Shown here piece by piece: positions 13,601 to 24,700 of a DNA stretch of 64,000 bases. The stretch spans positions 992,001 through 1,056,000 of the forward strand of contig JAQGDQ010000024.1 of assembly GCA_030141605.1 (NCBI GenBank), read 5' to 3'. The position numbers and the translations under genes are program-made. Each line of letters opens with the position of its first letter. Within the stretch, counting starts at the first letter, position 1. The notes under the pieces were generated by a model. That model was given only the letters and a program-made list of their open reading frames with translations, did not search any database and was not told where the DNA came from. The DNA is from Tubiluchus corallicola (lineage: Eukaryota > Animalia > Priapulida).

Positions 13601-15212
13601 GATACATTTTCAAAGTAATTTTTACCGGCACATACAAAAAATAGATACCTATAATAGCCCGGTATCGTTGATTCCCAGTGTTTGCATCCTGTATATCAGA
13701 TCATAATCGTTCAAGGTTACACGGTGTTTATCAGTTTGTCACCTATTGAGGTACTATCATTCACAATTACATTTTGTTTGCCTTGTACACGCTCAATCAA
13801 ACGGCGCTTCACCGTAACGTTACCGAATTTAAATATATATATACATAATTTAGCACTCTAGCTTTTTAATTTTTGCCGACACGTGTATTATGAGTGTAAT
13901 AGTAATGGTCATATGGCAGTTTTTGTAGCAAAACAAACCACAGCAACAACATGACTAATAAGCGATACGTCAAATTCTGCGTATTGAACGTTTAAGCCCC
14001 CACGTCCTCTTCTCTCCCCCCCCTCTCTCTCTCTCTCTCTCGTCTCTCTCTCTTTCCCTCTCCCCTCTCGCCAGTTCACATCATTTTAGTTTTAAAAACG
14101 CCTTTTTCCTACGTTCATTTCGATAAACATATAACATAGACTTGACATAAGATTTATAAAATTATAGAACATGTACGCGACTTTTGTTAACTCGAGAAAG
14201 CTCTTCAAACCGTTCCTTAAGCTCCTCGGACAGCTGGAACACTCAGCAGCCTTTAAACCAGTTTTGTAATAAATAAGAATGTATTTAAAATTAAACACGT
14301 GTATTTAATTAAATGCCAATGAATTAAGCCACTTTCAAAATTAATCGCACAAAAATTAATTTAATTAGTAAGTAATTATTTAGCATGAGTGTACTAACAC
14401 CGGCAAAAGTAGGATTGGTTGGTTCAATTAGGATCAATTGTTAGCTACTGAATTAAATTAAGGCTTGTCATTATTATCAGGAGGTACGTGTAAAGTAATC
14501 TAGTATAAAACTTGGTAATGGCATTCGTCTTATAATACAAAGTCGTGATTCCAATTCAGACTCTTTATTCACTTTTTCACATTTCGTTCCTTCTGGCCCA
14601 GGTGATCTTAAAAAGTTTGTGGGCTCCTCTCTAACGGAGTAATGACAACTTGTGAAAGTGTTGCCATGAAATAATAGGAGTAATTTTCACGCAACTTATG
14701 CAAAAGAGAATTCTTTCACAAATTGCACAGAAAACTATTTTCAGTTTGCGATGATAAATGATGATATATGAAGAAATATATAATAAGAAAAGCTTAGAAC
14801 ATATAACACATGATGACAAAACAGGAAAAAAGTCTATGTGCCATCGTTGGTTGCTGAGTTTCAATCCACAAACCATGTTTAAACATGTTACACATGTTTA
14901 AAAAGCTAAGAACTTACCTGCTGAATTGTCTGCCTCAGCTGCAACTGCTGTGTTTAGTAAACAATAGCAATTTAGAAATGTAAACAATAACATAAACATC
15001 CAATGTGGTTTTGTAAATAAGTGAGCACGTTGTCTGATGGAGCTTCGTTGATGCACGTATGTTTGTGAGCTCCGGGCTTCAAGCGAGCGGGATCTTAGAA
15101 AAAAAGTAACCATTGAAGAATCCTGGAAAGAATCCTTGCGTTTAGCACAATGCACAAGCTTGAGTGACACGTTACACTTTTTTTTCCTCAATCTATACAG
15201 TTTTTTCTCCAT
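1..15212 (-). CDS. Secreted/surface protein: signal-like segment + SUEL (Gal_Lectin) domain + >=3 tandem CASPR/neurexin-IV-type fibrinogen-like domains (3' end outside window)
   Basis: 18 phase-consistent GT-AG exons in transcript order: 14918-15212, 11049-11354, 8336-8467, 8018-8110, 7265-7376, 6315-6428, 5573-5733, 4874-4990, 4483-4611, 4056-4148, 3449-3563, 3234-3353, 2832-2986, 2612-2713, 1539-1670, 1283-1387, 608-722, <1-78; open frame of ~824 codons. Motifs SC..DG.Y.IDPDG.G...F.V.C, C[DE]QY[IL]RYEC, YAWW...WGG, CNC..N...W..D.GLL..K..LPV..L.FGDTG, GPLRC match the central fibrinogen-like region of contactin-associated proteins. The start Met (15212, 15113 or 14999) and the link between exon 1 and the SUEL exon are less certain. 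Confidence 0.85.
2832..4611 (-). CDS. Gene 1 CASPR-type fibrinogen-like repeat 2 (5 exons)
   Basis: YRSCAMLLKNEESLPDGEYEIDPDGTGPLKPFTVEC | ITLVHHDSESCMNV... | ...RCDQYIRYECYGS | YAWWEGIDQKAQSNWGG...CAC...C | CNCDSNHLEWNMDDGLLSDKSVLPVTRLKFGDTG...GPLRCYD; same intron phases as repeat 1. Confidence 0.88.
5573..8467 (-). CDS. Gene 1 CASPR-type fibrinogen-like repeat 1 (5 exons)
   Basis: HKSCADIKGTQADHGDGLYWIDPDGSGG... | VTVVNHDTSSCFHVKGYEGPG... | ...RCDQYIRYECFGS... | YAWWVSQNGERQFDWGGG...CTC...C | CNCHSNADSWLADGGLLTNKDLLPVVQLRFGDTG...GPLRCYN. Confidence 0.88.
5826..5979. mobile_element. Small degenerate TTAA-flanked MITE (Kolobok/piggyBac-like)
   Basis: Left ttaa|ggccctccctgctagaaaa versus right ttttccgcagcagggcgc|ttaa: imperfect inverted ends bracketed by TTAA. 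Confidence 0.45.
6830..6977. repeat. Diverged ~50-bp minisatellite, 3 copies
   Basis: cagagccaat recurs at 6866, 6919 and 6968, each preceded by tgca.g.ct.act.caa.t. Confidence 0.75.
7753..9164. repeat. Pair of diverged ~180-bp direct repeats (7753-7932 and 8986-9164)
   Basis: Both copies read ...tttaacagtaaaaaatacatgaaagca.caaagaatat.c.aaat.tcttacaaaaaa...aaaaatgac.ctgt.tt.aagaaaatcaaataa...gaccaaaa... Confidence 0.85.
9921..10218. repeat. Local direct repeats (~75 bp, two full copies and one partial)
   Basis: tttcctagccaaaattgtgagtttttctgggtcttttgctgtgactattgccggtcaccaca.tgactaccag at ~9937-10010 and ~10138-10210; partial copy at ~10057-10100. Confidence 0.85.
11049..11354 (-). CDS. Exon encoding a SUEL/rhamnose-binding-lectin-type (Gal_Lectin) domain of gene 1
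   Basis: Phase 1-1 exon translating to YGTHRIICEKNTEILSCDNGLLEVLDVKYGRDSNSGSLCSGRSDVNPRCPLESISIRHLSNIFENCNDKKQCSISATDNFMGRRSCRNVRKYAKVFYVCKV: 8 Cys in SUEL spacing with the CE, YGR and KY motifs. Confidence 0.88.
12604..12629. repeat. (GA)n microsatellite
   Basis: Directly visible. Other GA/CT tracts lie at ~14005-14070, ~23165-23245, ~23785-23870 and ~58436-58508; (TA)n at ~35272-35330; (ATC)n at ~46225-46263. Confidence 0.9.
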
Positions 15213-18200
15213 TATATTAATTAGTCTGAAGAGCGTCCACGTTTACGACAAACTTACGATACGATATATGCATGTAACAGTGACTGCTTCATTTTTCATT
15301 TTGAAATGGCCCTTAACCTTGACACAACTTCAATAAATGTCTGTTACAGTGGTACACTTTGGCGAATCTAAATCATTTCATCACGTCTAATAATTACTAC
15401 AAAACCCGACGCGTAGTGCGCAGTCAACAACTTTGTTCTGCGTGCCGAATGTGTAAACAGATGCAGTTAACGTGATGAGTAATTCCCATTGCCAGGTAAC
15501 AGGTGTAGCCCTGGGGAAACACAGTGAGGAAAGACTGATGCATAAACTGAGTGAATCGTGAAGCAGAATTTATAATGCAAGATGTCAATGTGCTGCACAT
15601 GTCATAACTGTAAATTTCTCATTGTCTAATATATCTATTCAGTTAAAGACCTCTTTTACATCATTGTTATTATCATCGTCGTTCTTACTATTGTTATTGT
15701 TATCACTATATCCTTGTTAACAGCAGCAACAGCAGCAAAAACAATGATTTCATTGTCATCCTTGATGTCTGATCGTTATGAAAATCATCATAAGAGTCAG
15801 TATTTCTGTCAACTTTCCCATCGCATATGAACGAGCGACGGATGTTAACTTCTTATCCTATTTCAGTTTTTCCTACTTATGATAGTCTTTACTAGGCAGA
15901 AATGTAATACTTGACCTACACTGTCTTCGGTATAATGATATAGTGTCTTTCGTTTAAATTTTTGAGTTTGACTTGTGTAATTGTGTTCTTGATAACGTGG
16001 TATAGGTTTTTTTGTAGCGCAGTATATGTGTGTAATTGTAGCTTTATAATTGTTGTGTGCATTGTGTGATTTGTAAGTGTGATTGCCCAATAAAATAAAT
16101 AAAAAATATATAAAACTAAATTTAACTGTGTAAAACCAAATGAAATGTGTAAACCCACACATTTTTGTTGTCTAGTACTCCTTTTTATAGGCCTATAATT
16201 AATTTCCGTTTTCCTGAAATTTACGACAATGAAGTCCAAATTGTAATAGAAAAAGTATCATTAAATTTTTGGAGTTACGTCGTGAACCACATTATACTTG
16301 CAACGTGACCATAACGTCGAGGAGTAATCATAACACACTTTGACCATGAAATAAGTAATTGCCTTTCACCGGAAATAGATTCTTTTGAAAAACTTTATGA
16401 TAATTTGCAGTAATTTTTACCCGTATTTTTAGCGCACGAACTTGTGTAAAATAATAACTGGGCGCGTCTACATACTTTGCATTACGCGTAAGAGCGCATT
16501 AAAATTATTTTAACTATATGATAATGTAAAATACGAGTATCAATTATGCATCATCATTTCAGCGATTAATTTGATGTGAGTCGATTGATAATTCTGCCAA
16601 ATGGCTACTCTGAAAATTACATGAATGAGTGACCCGACATCCTCTTTCCAGTACAACTAAATTATACTTGCTTGTAAACAATGTTTAAACATCTACAGAT
16701 TATATTCACTTTTTAACTGAATCTTTTGCAGTTTAGAAGAAGCAGCAAGAAGAAGATTGCTTTACTCTGGCGGAGTCATTTTGATGGTCAAGTTCAGTTC
16801 ATGCACTGCACCCAGACAAGTCCCTCGCACGGATAGTTTCGCTTTCATTTTGCTAATTCGGCACTTTGAAATGGGGGACAAGAACTTATTTTTCAGATAA
16901 CTTACATTTGATTGGCAATAGCAGAAAAATAACTGTTTATGCAATTACCAAAATCAATGCTAATTTATTTCAACATTGTAAGCAACTGATAGAAAAACAA
17001 GGAAAGCGGTTTCCAAAGTGTTTTATAGAGAGTTGTTTTCCAAAATTTCGTACAAAACGTTTAATGTCTATTCGACGGAAAAGTCTTGCTCCGGATCAAA
17101 AACTTCTCTCACTTCAGCTACATAATTATATTAATTGTAAGTAAACATTGCATAATGCATAGATAAAAGACTGCACAATAAATGACCGCCATATCTATTA
17201 AAATAGGAAATAAATGTCTATATATGCTAAAAACTGAAACAGCATAAGTTTGTGTTGAAGGTTAGCATTGTCGTGACAATAAGTTGAGAAACAAGGATAA
17301 CCACATTGTTAAACCAATTATCTCGTTTTACGCTGGTGATCCCGAAAAGCTCACACCTGCAGCAAAATGAATGAAAATTGTTACACCATGTTGCAGAGCG
17401 TTGTGGCACACTTTCACCTGATGCGTCAACTATATTTAGGCATTATTAATAAGTAAGAGATGCTGGAACCAGGTACAATTGATCACTGCGAAGAGTCCGC
17501 TGAGTAGGTAAACGAATGCATAATGAGTTGCAGACCTATATTCAATAATATATTTACAATTCAGCTAATTACTTATATCCTAAAATTTTGCACCTAATCG
17601 AATGAAAGCACTGAGCCTGGATTTGAACCAGGGCGGTTTTGACTTAAGTGTCACGAGACAACTAAATAACAAACAGCCTTTGTGATGAAGACAAGCTCTA
17701 ATTAATTTTAAAATTCGAGCTCACTTCTGAGTTTTCACTCCGTATTTTTCCTTTGGTCAGGTTTGGCTTTAAATTTTAGGCCTAATAACTGCGGGTTGAA
17801 ACTAATATTAAAATTAATATTACAATTAGTTCACAACTGGCGTTCAACGGGAATTCAGAATACCATGTGGATCACAACATTCTCTGACTACATTATCAAT
17901 TTAGTGTTTCAACAACGTGCAGTCCTTCCTACTACCCATTGCTCTGAGAGATTCTCAATGCCACCCCCCGAAATTGCCATTAATATGGTTTCTTGAGGTT
18001 CCTGAAAAAGGTAGAAAAAATAGCAAAGCCTACTAGTGCAGTAGTTCTTTTTAGATTTTCGTTTAACTTGACTAAAAAAATTGTCAAAGGTTTTAGTTCA
18101 ACTTGCCTATTTTCCATCATTTTACGTTGTTCATTAAAAAGTAGAAAAATGTATAAACGGCATAATGTTTCTGAGACACCATGTACGCCATACATATGCA

Positions 18201-18764
18201 ATATATAAATAACTGTATATATATAGGAATGCATCAATTAACGTGTTTTCTGCTGTCAAAAACTTCATTTTTACGAAAGTGAGTAAATAGTTGAACAAAA
18301 AACGAAAGAGTGGCCATTTGCGGGACACATATGAAACATGAAAGATAGTTCCATAAAACTTAAAAATGACTTTTTATAAACTTTTTATGAACTAACTTCT
18401 TTTATTTTCTGTATACCAGACAGTTTATAACTCTGTATCATCTTAAAATCGAAAAAATAAACAGTTACACATGATAAAAATTTACGTGTTTCGCGAAAGG
18501 TATTCTTGAAGTTTCGAATAACTAGATGAAACCCCACCCCTTTACCAAACTAACTTCTTGTTTGCCCGCCTGGCTGCAAGCTCCTCCTTCATTAACAGAC
18601 GTAGGAGAGATTCCTCTACAGCCGATTTTACCGGAAAATCTGGAAGAATTTTTGTCTGAGCATTTGTAATTCTCACTGAGCTGAAAGCCCGGAGGTTCTG
18701 TTGATGTTACTAGATTTTTAATCACGAATATTAGAAGTTTGATACAGTGTTTCCGGGTTCCAAC

Positions 18765-21700
18765 ATGGCCGTTTTACCAATCACGACGAAGAACATTCGA
18801 GAGGTGAATAAACGCTCGTTTATGATAAAAGATATTCTTGAGGGGGAGACAGCAAAGCTTCGGATAGAATCGTTTCTGTTTAATGACTCCCAATTTTGTA
18901 CTGGAGCAGAAAAATCTTCCATAGAACAACGCAATATTGCACCTTGGTTTTGTAGTAAATTTGATAAAATTTGCTGCCCTCAGCCACGGTTACCTGTCGA
19001 GATAAATTCAGCACTGCAAACACCAGGAGTTTTAGGTTTATATCAAAATGCAGGACAACTTAATGAGGTTGTGGTACCAGTGCCAACATCTTTATTACAG
19101 AATAGATACACCTGTCGTGCTTACTCAGGTAAGAAAGAATATTATTATTTACAAAATTATAGTTATATTAGGCTTATAAAATCTAGAAGAATTTACCGAC
19201 TTCTTCAAATGGAGTTGTGGGTTTTCTTCTATAATAAATTTACCAAATGAATTAAATGGCATTATGCTAGTAAACAGTGAATCCACTCGCGCTAACGAAT
19301 TATTAAGTAAATAATATTAAATAACGCACCTGATTAATTTAAGATCTGTTTTAATTTTATCATCCGAGTGAATTTACTTGCAATCAATAAACATATGTTA
19401 GTATTAATTTCTTACCGCAAGGAGACGATTTTTCTAACAAAAGCCCTACCACAGCGGGCCTATTACATTTTTCTATTATTTGAATCATTGTCAGTATTAC
19501 AATGATTACAGTCAAAGATATTAGGCCTATACCATACTTCGCTTGACATAACTGTCATGTGTGTTTATTTATTTTATTCAGGTCTACATATACAAATAAT
19601 CAACATAAAAAGTTGAGAGTTACATAAAATCATAACCAAATTATAAATTAGCACGATGCATCTTTTCTGGCTTGACTTTATAATACATGTATATACACCA
19701 GAGTGAAGAAAATGGTGATTGCGAAATGACACACCTATTTTGCTTTATAACACTAACAAAGGTTTTCATTAAGAAATTTAAAAGTTTGTACATAATCTTG
19801 TGTTTAGCGCACACAAACAATAATGCTCTTAAACATGTATATACACTAGAGTGAAGAAAATGGTGATTGCGAAATGACACACCTATTTTGCTTTATAACA
19901 CTAACAAAGGTTTTCATTAAGAAATTTAAAAGTTTGTACATAATCTTGTGTTTAGCGCACACAAACAATAATGCTCTTAAAGAGCTTTAGAATTTTTGCT
20001 TGTGCCTATTACTATATCCCTATAGTTTTAATTAAACCAGCTTTTTAAACTTTTTAATCCCTACAAAACGATAAGCGGATTTTTCCATGTTATATGTACG
20101 TTTTCGAAAAATTGTTTGGAGTCTTTCAAGAAAGGGATCCTGCCGTCTGCACACCTAAAAAGAAATTCGTATTAGCTTAACCGTAACAGAAACTGACTAA
20201 CGATTGTCAAAAGATTTAAGGAACTATATTTCAGAAATTCAGGATGTGAATCGCTCACCTTTTTTTAGGTTTATTTATTTTTGCTTCTCCGATACTTTAA
20301 GTTACATCTTGCTTATTTTGTGTGAAAATTTTGTCTTAATCTATTACAGCGAAAATATTTTTCAGCTTGAAATAACTTTCACTAATAGCAAATCGCAAAC
20401 CCCTATTAACTGTAACAAAAATAATATTTCGATGACTAATATGTTTGAATGTTTATTATGATTGATCATGAATTGGCGCCCAAATTTGGCCAACAGAAGG
20501 CTTAATGGTGGCAAAGGTTGTTTTTGTTGGAGAATATTATACTCAGCTCCACACGGTTACAAAAACTTGGATGCTTGCTCGGCCTGTAATATTAAGTGTT
20601 GTTGTAAGACGCTCCCACTGTTAGTTCATTACAAGGACTAAGTCTTAGTTCTTATGCATCAATGAAAGTTTTATATTTACATGTTTTTCAATGTGATTGG
20701 TGGTTTTTGTTATGCGTTTTTAGCAACAGTTGAAAATAATTTTGACCAGACTGTGTCTGATTGACTGTCATTCAAATAAACAAGGTGCATGATCGTGTCA
20801 TCAACTTTTTAAAGGCTTTTTGGAATGAAATAACTAACATGGGGTTTGGTGCACTGGTTCAACTGAGTGACTGGGGAGAAGACGAACGGGCGACCCAAGA
20901 AAGATTGTATCAAGTGGCGCAGAAAAATGTACTGTAGTTTAGACTACAATACTATTAGAAATAAGCATCCCACAAAGTCGAAATTTCGATGCGCGATATT
21001 GTGATGCATTAACTTTGGGCTGCGAAAGTTATAAGTTTATAGTTTTAATGGCCGAAGAGTTTTTGCATATTAAAAATTTAAGTACTAAAACAATGTTAAC
21101 TAATCATCAATTAAGAAAGTCTCGTTGAGGCACAAAGTACTTAATACTACCAGCTAAACGATAAAAATTCAAATAAACAAGGTTACATCAAGCATGGTCT
21201 TCACCTCAAAAGATACAAAGCACAAATAAAAATTTGTTATCAAACAAAAATTGAACTTTTGTCTGGAACTATCGTCTGAGCTAAGAAACCTGCAATTCCC
21301 TTGAAAAGAAAGTGCAGGACGGCCGCACAAAGCTGCTTGACGCAGATAAACTAAATACAACAATTGTCGGGTGCTGGGACCAACTACCTCTAAAGAAGTA
21401 AGAAACTGCATGAGCTGTTGAAAGAAACGCTTTCATCTAGTTTGTGAAACGTCTAGATTAATAAACGTAGTTTCAGCATGGTTTTTACACAATTTCTTAG
21501 ACGTTTGTTTCCTAAAATCTGCCATTTTAAATCTACCGATCTTTGCCCAAGGCGTTTTTTTTTGTCTTTCAGTCGGCCATCTCCAAGTGCTTGATCAATC
21601 TTTCGTGAGGTAGCCTTAGATAAGTATATATTATGCCACCCATACCCGCAGCCAGTCGCCCAGTTATAGCAGACTTTTTAACGGTTTCGTCAATGTTGCA

Positions 21701-24700
21701 CTTTCGACAGGCGCTTGATTATTATTGTGAGGAAAATGTCTCTTTTTTACTACAGAAATCGTTAAAATTTCATTCTGCATTTTCCCCCTTTCGAATCATC
21801 CAGCATCTTCAAGAAAGAACTAAGTTGCGTGCATCACGGTTTTTAATTTATGAAATCTTTGGAAAATGATGGGACTAAAAGAGCTGACAAGCTTTTCTCT
21901 TCCCCTGGGCCTTCGTGAAGCCGACCAAATCTGACTTCTCCCACATTTGCACTTGCATTTAGGAGAATTAACATGAGTGTAATGAAGCACTCGTTGCAGG
22001 AAACGGATTACCATTATCTTGCCGTATTCCGTGATTGCAATAGAATATTTCCTGATAATAAAGCCAACGTATACAGAATTCGTTGTTCACAATTCACTTC
22101 TATTTTTTTTATAATATTTTTTGTTATTTTGTAACCTTCTGCACTTGCGCTTTTAATGTTCATAAACTCAAACTTTGAACAATCAACTGTGTTCACTGCA
22201 AGGCCCTACTTGTGCCCGGAACTGCTCGTTTGTTGCTTTTGATTAAACTGTTTTTTATTGGATTCCATATTGTCATCAACACACAAATAACAACCCGACC
22301 ATCAAGGGGATTCATTACTGCACACGTCATTCCCGTTACGTATTATGTCTGTTCTAAAAAGTCAAACTGTTTTCTGCGCGTTCAAGAAAGTTGCGCCATT
22401 GAGACGCTGCAGAACATCAAGTGTTGTAGTGCAGTTAAACGCTCTTCTACTCAGCGTGCTATCACTAATTGGTAAACCGAAACTTGCGCAAAGTATATAT
22501 TAGCAGACGATTATGGTTGTGATTGGGAAACCACCAGCAGTGACCACTCCTAACTTTGACGGGCGTAAGCGATATAGGAAATCATTTTCAAAGAAAATAC
22601 TGTAACTGTCCGAAAAGCTTGTTGATTTGTACAAGGCAAACCATAGCAGCTTAAACATTTTCCTGCAATGTTGATCCAACCGTCAGTTGAAGTTTCTTTC
22701 TTGCTATTACTCAGAATGATCTGAAGAACTCAAGGAAAAAAAGCACGGAACGGTGGGGCACACAAAAATACTTTAAAGAAAACATTGTGGCAACTCCATG
22801 TAGTTCTCTCTAGAAAATGAACAAATAGATATAATAAGCAATGCAAATACGATTCCGTTAACTGGGTATGTCTATGTTATCGCAATTATTAATCGCTTGG
22901 GACACTAGATAATAACACACTCTACCTTCCGCAGCCACTCTAAGTCCTTCTAACATTTTGGTGAACCTTGAAATAAGCCTAACTTTCAAGAAGGCTTGCC
23001 TTTCCTTTAAGGAGGTAGGAGTAGAAACAGAGATCTAAGTCAAAATATGAAAATTTTAGGCAAACTCCTCGATCACACGAGTAAATGTGTGAGGCTGATT
23101 TGCAGTAGGTCATCTTTCTATTTTCAACAAAACTATCATCTTCTTTCTTTTCACTATTGCACATTTTCTCTCTCTTTCTCTCTCTCACACACACTTTCTC
23201 TTTTCCTCTCTCTCCTTTTCTTTCTCCTCTCTCTCTTTCTCTGTCTGCATGCTATAATTGGACCAGGTAGCCTACAGTCAAGTGATAATTAGCCACGAGC
23301 ATCGTGCATACTGGTTAGTCACACGTGAAAGTAATATTCTACAAGTATTAACGTAAGTTAGCCACACTCGACCAGGTATAGTCAGGTGTCAACACGGTTA
23401 CGGCTTTACGCTCGCGGATTTGGATCTGAATTGATTTAGTATTGTTAGGTACGAAAGAACTTTCTAAAACTCTGTACTAACGGCTAGATTACTGCGATTT
23501 CGTTTCTACTGAAACAACGGTTTATTCTAAACTATATAAGTATAATGTATTTTTATTGAGATATTATTGCTAAACCATTTTACTGAAATATTTTTAAGTG
23601 AAATTCGCTTATGAGGGACGTTGACGTTATTATTTTTTGTTTTGTTTTCTTGAGCTACGGAACGAGAAAAGAGGAGGCAGAGGAAGAAAAAGTTATATAA
23701 AGGTAGACAACAAACAAATAGACAAACAGACAGGCAGGCAAGACGGGCAGACTGTAAGAGAAACGCAGCGCTGCGAAGGAAGTAAGAGAGAGAGGGAGAA
23801 AGAGAGACGGAGAGAGAAAGAGACAGACGTGGGAGGAAGAGAGGTGTGTATGTGAGAAAGAGAGAGAAATGTACAAAAGAAAAAAGACGACAGTTTCATC
23901 GAAAATAGAAAGACGACCCACCGTCAATCAGTCACTCCATAATTTTAAAGTTCCTTTTACTGGTTTTAGTCACCATTTCTTTCATTTCTTCGTAAAAGCT
24001 ATTGTTGCTTTCAAACCGTTGACCAGCTGATTGAAAGTATGTGATTTCTTTGAAATTATTCCTATGTTCAACGTCATTAAGTAAATCATTGCAATTTATT
24101 ACTTGCTTTTCCTGCTTAGGTAAACCAATACACAAATACAGTAGGACCGAATCGTTTGCGATGTCTGTGTCTGTCAGTAATTAAAAACTAAAAAGTTCTT
24201 GTGTCTTTCTAACCATGTTTTTTGCGTTTGAACTACTGTTTGTTAACTGCATAAAAAATGTAAGCATTACTTTTTCCAGATTTTGTAGGTATTCCACCAG
24301 GGTCACTCGCACATTCAGTGAATCGACTTCCGGTGCAGTTTCCGATGTACCTTCAACAAACATCACCCAAACTAGAAGACAGTAAACACAAAAAATGTCG
24401 TAGAAGCCGAACTGTATTCACGGAATTACAGTTGATGGGGCTAGAAAAAAGGTTGGGTAATTTTGTAAATCAATGTCATACTCGTTTTTGAAATCTATGT
24501 AATGATCAAGTTTTAGTAATCGTTTGCTTATACATATCAAAAAGACGTTTCGAGTATTGGTACGGAAATTTTAAGCGCATCTAAACTTTCTCCCGGTGAC
24601 TACTATGCACAAAAGACTTAGCTTTTTCCTTTTTATTACAGATTCGAAAGCCAAAAATATCTTTCAACGCCTGATAGAATAGAATTAGCTGAGAAGCTGA

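Noticed and set aside
23637-23927. Three overlapping ORFs of 68-90 aa
   Set aside because: Artefacts of a GA/CT-rich simple-sequence tract.
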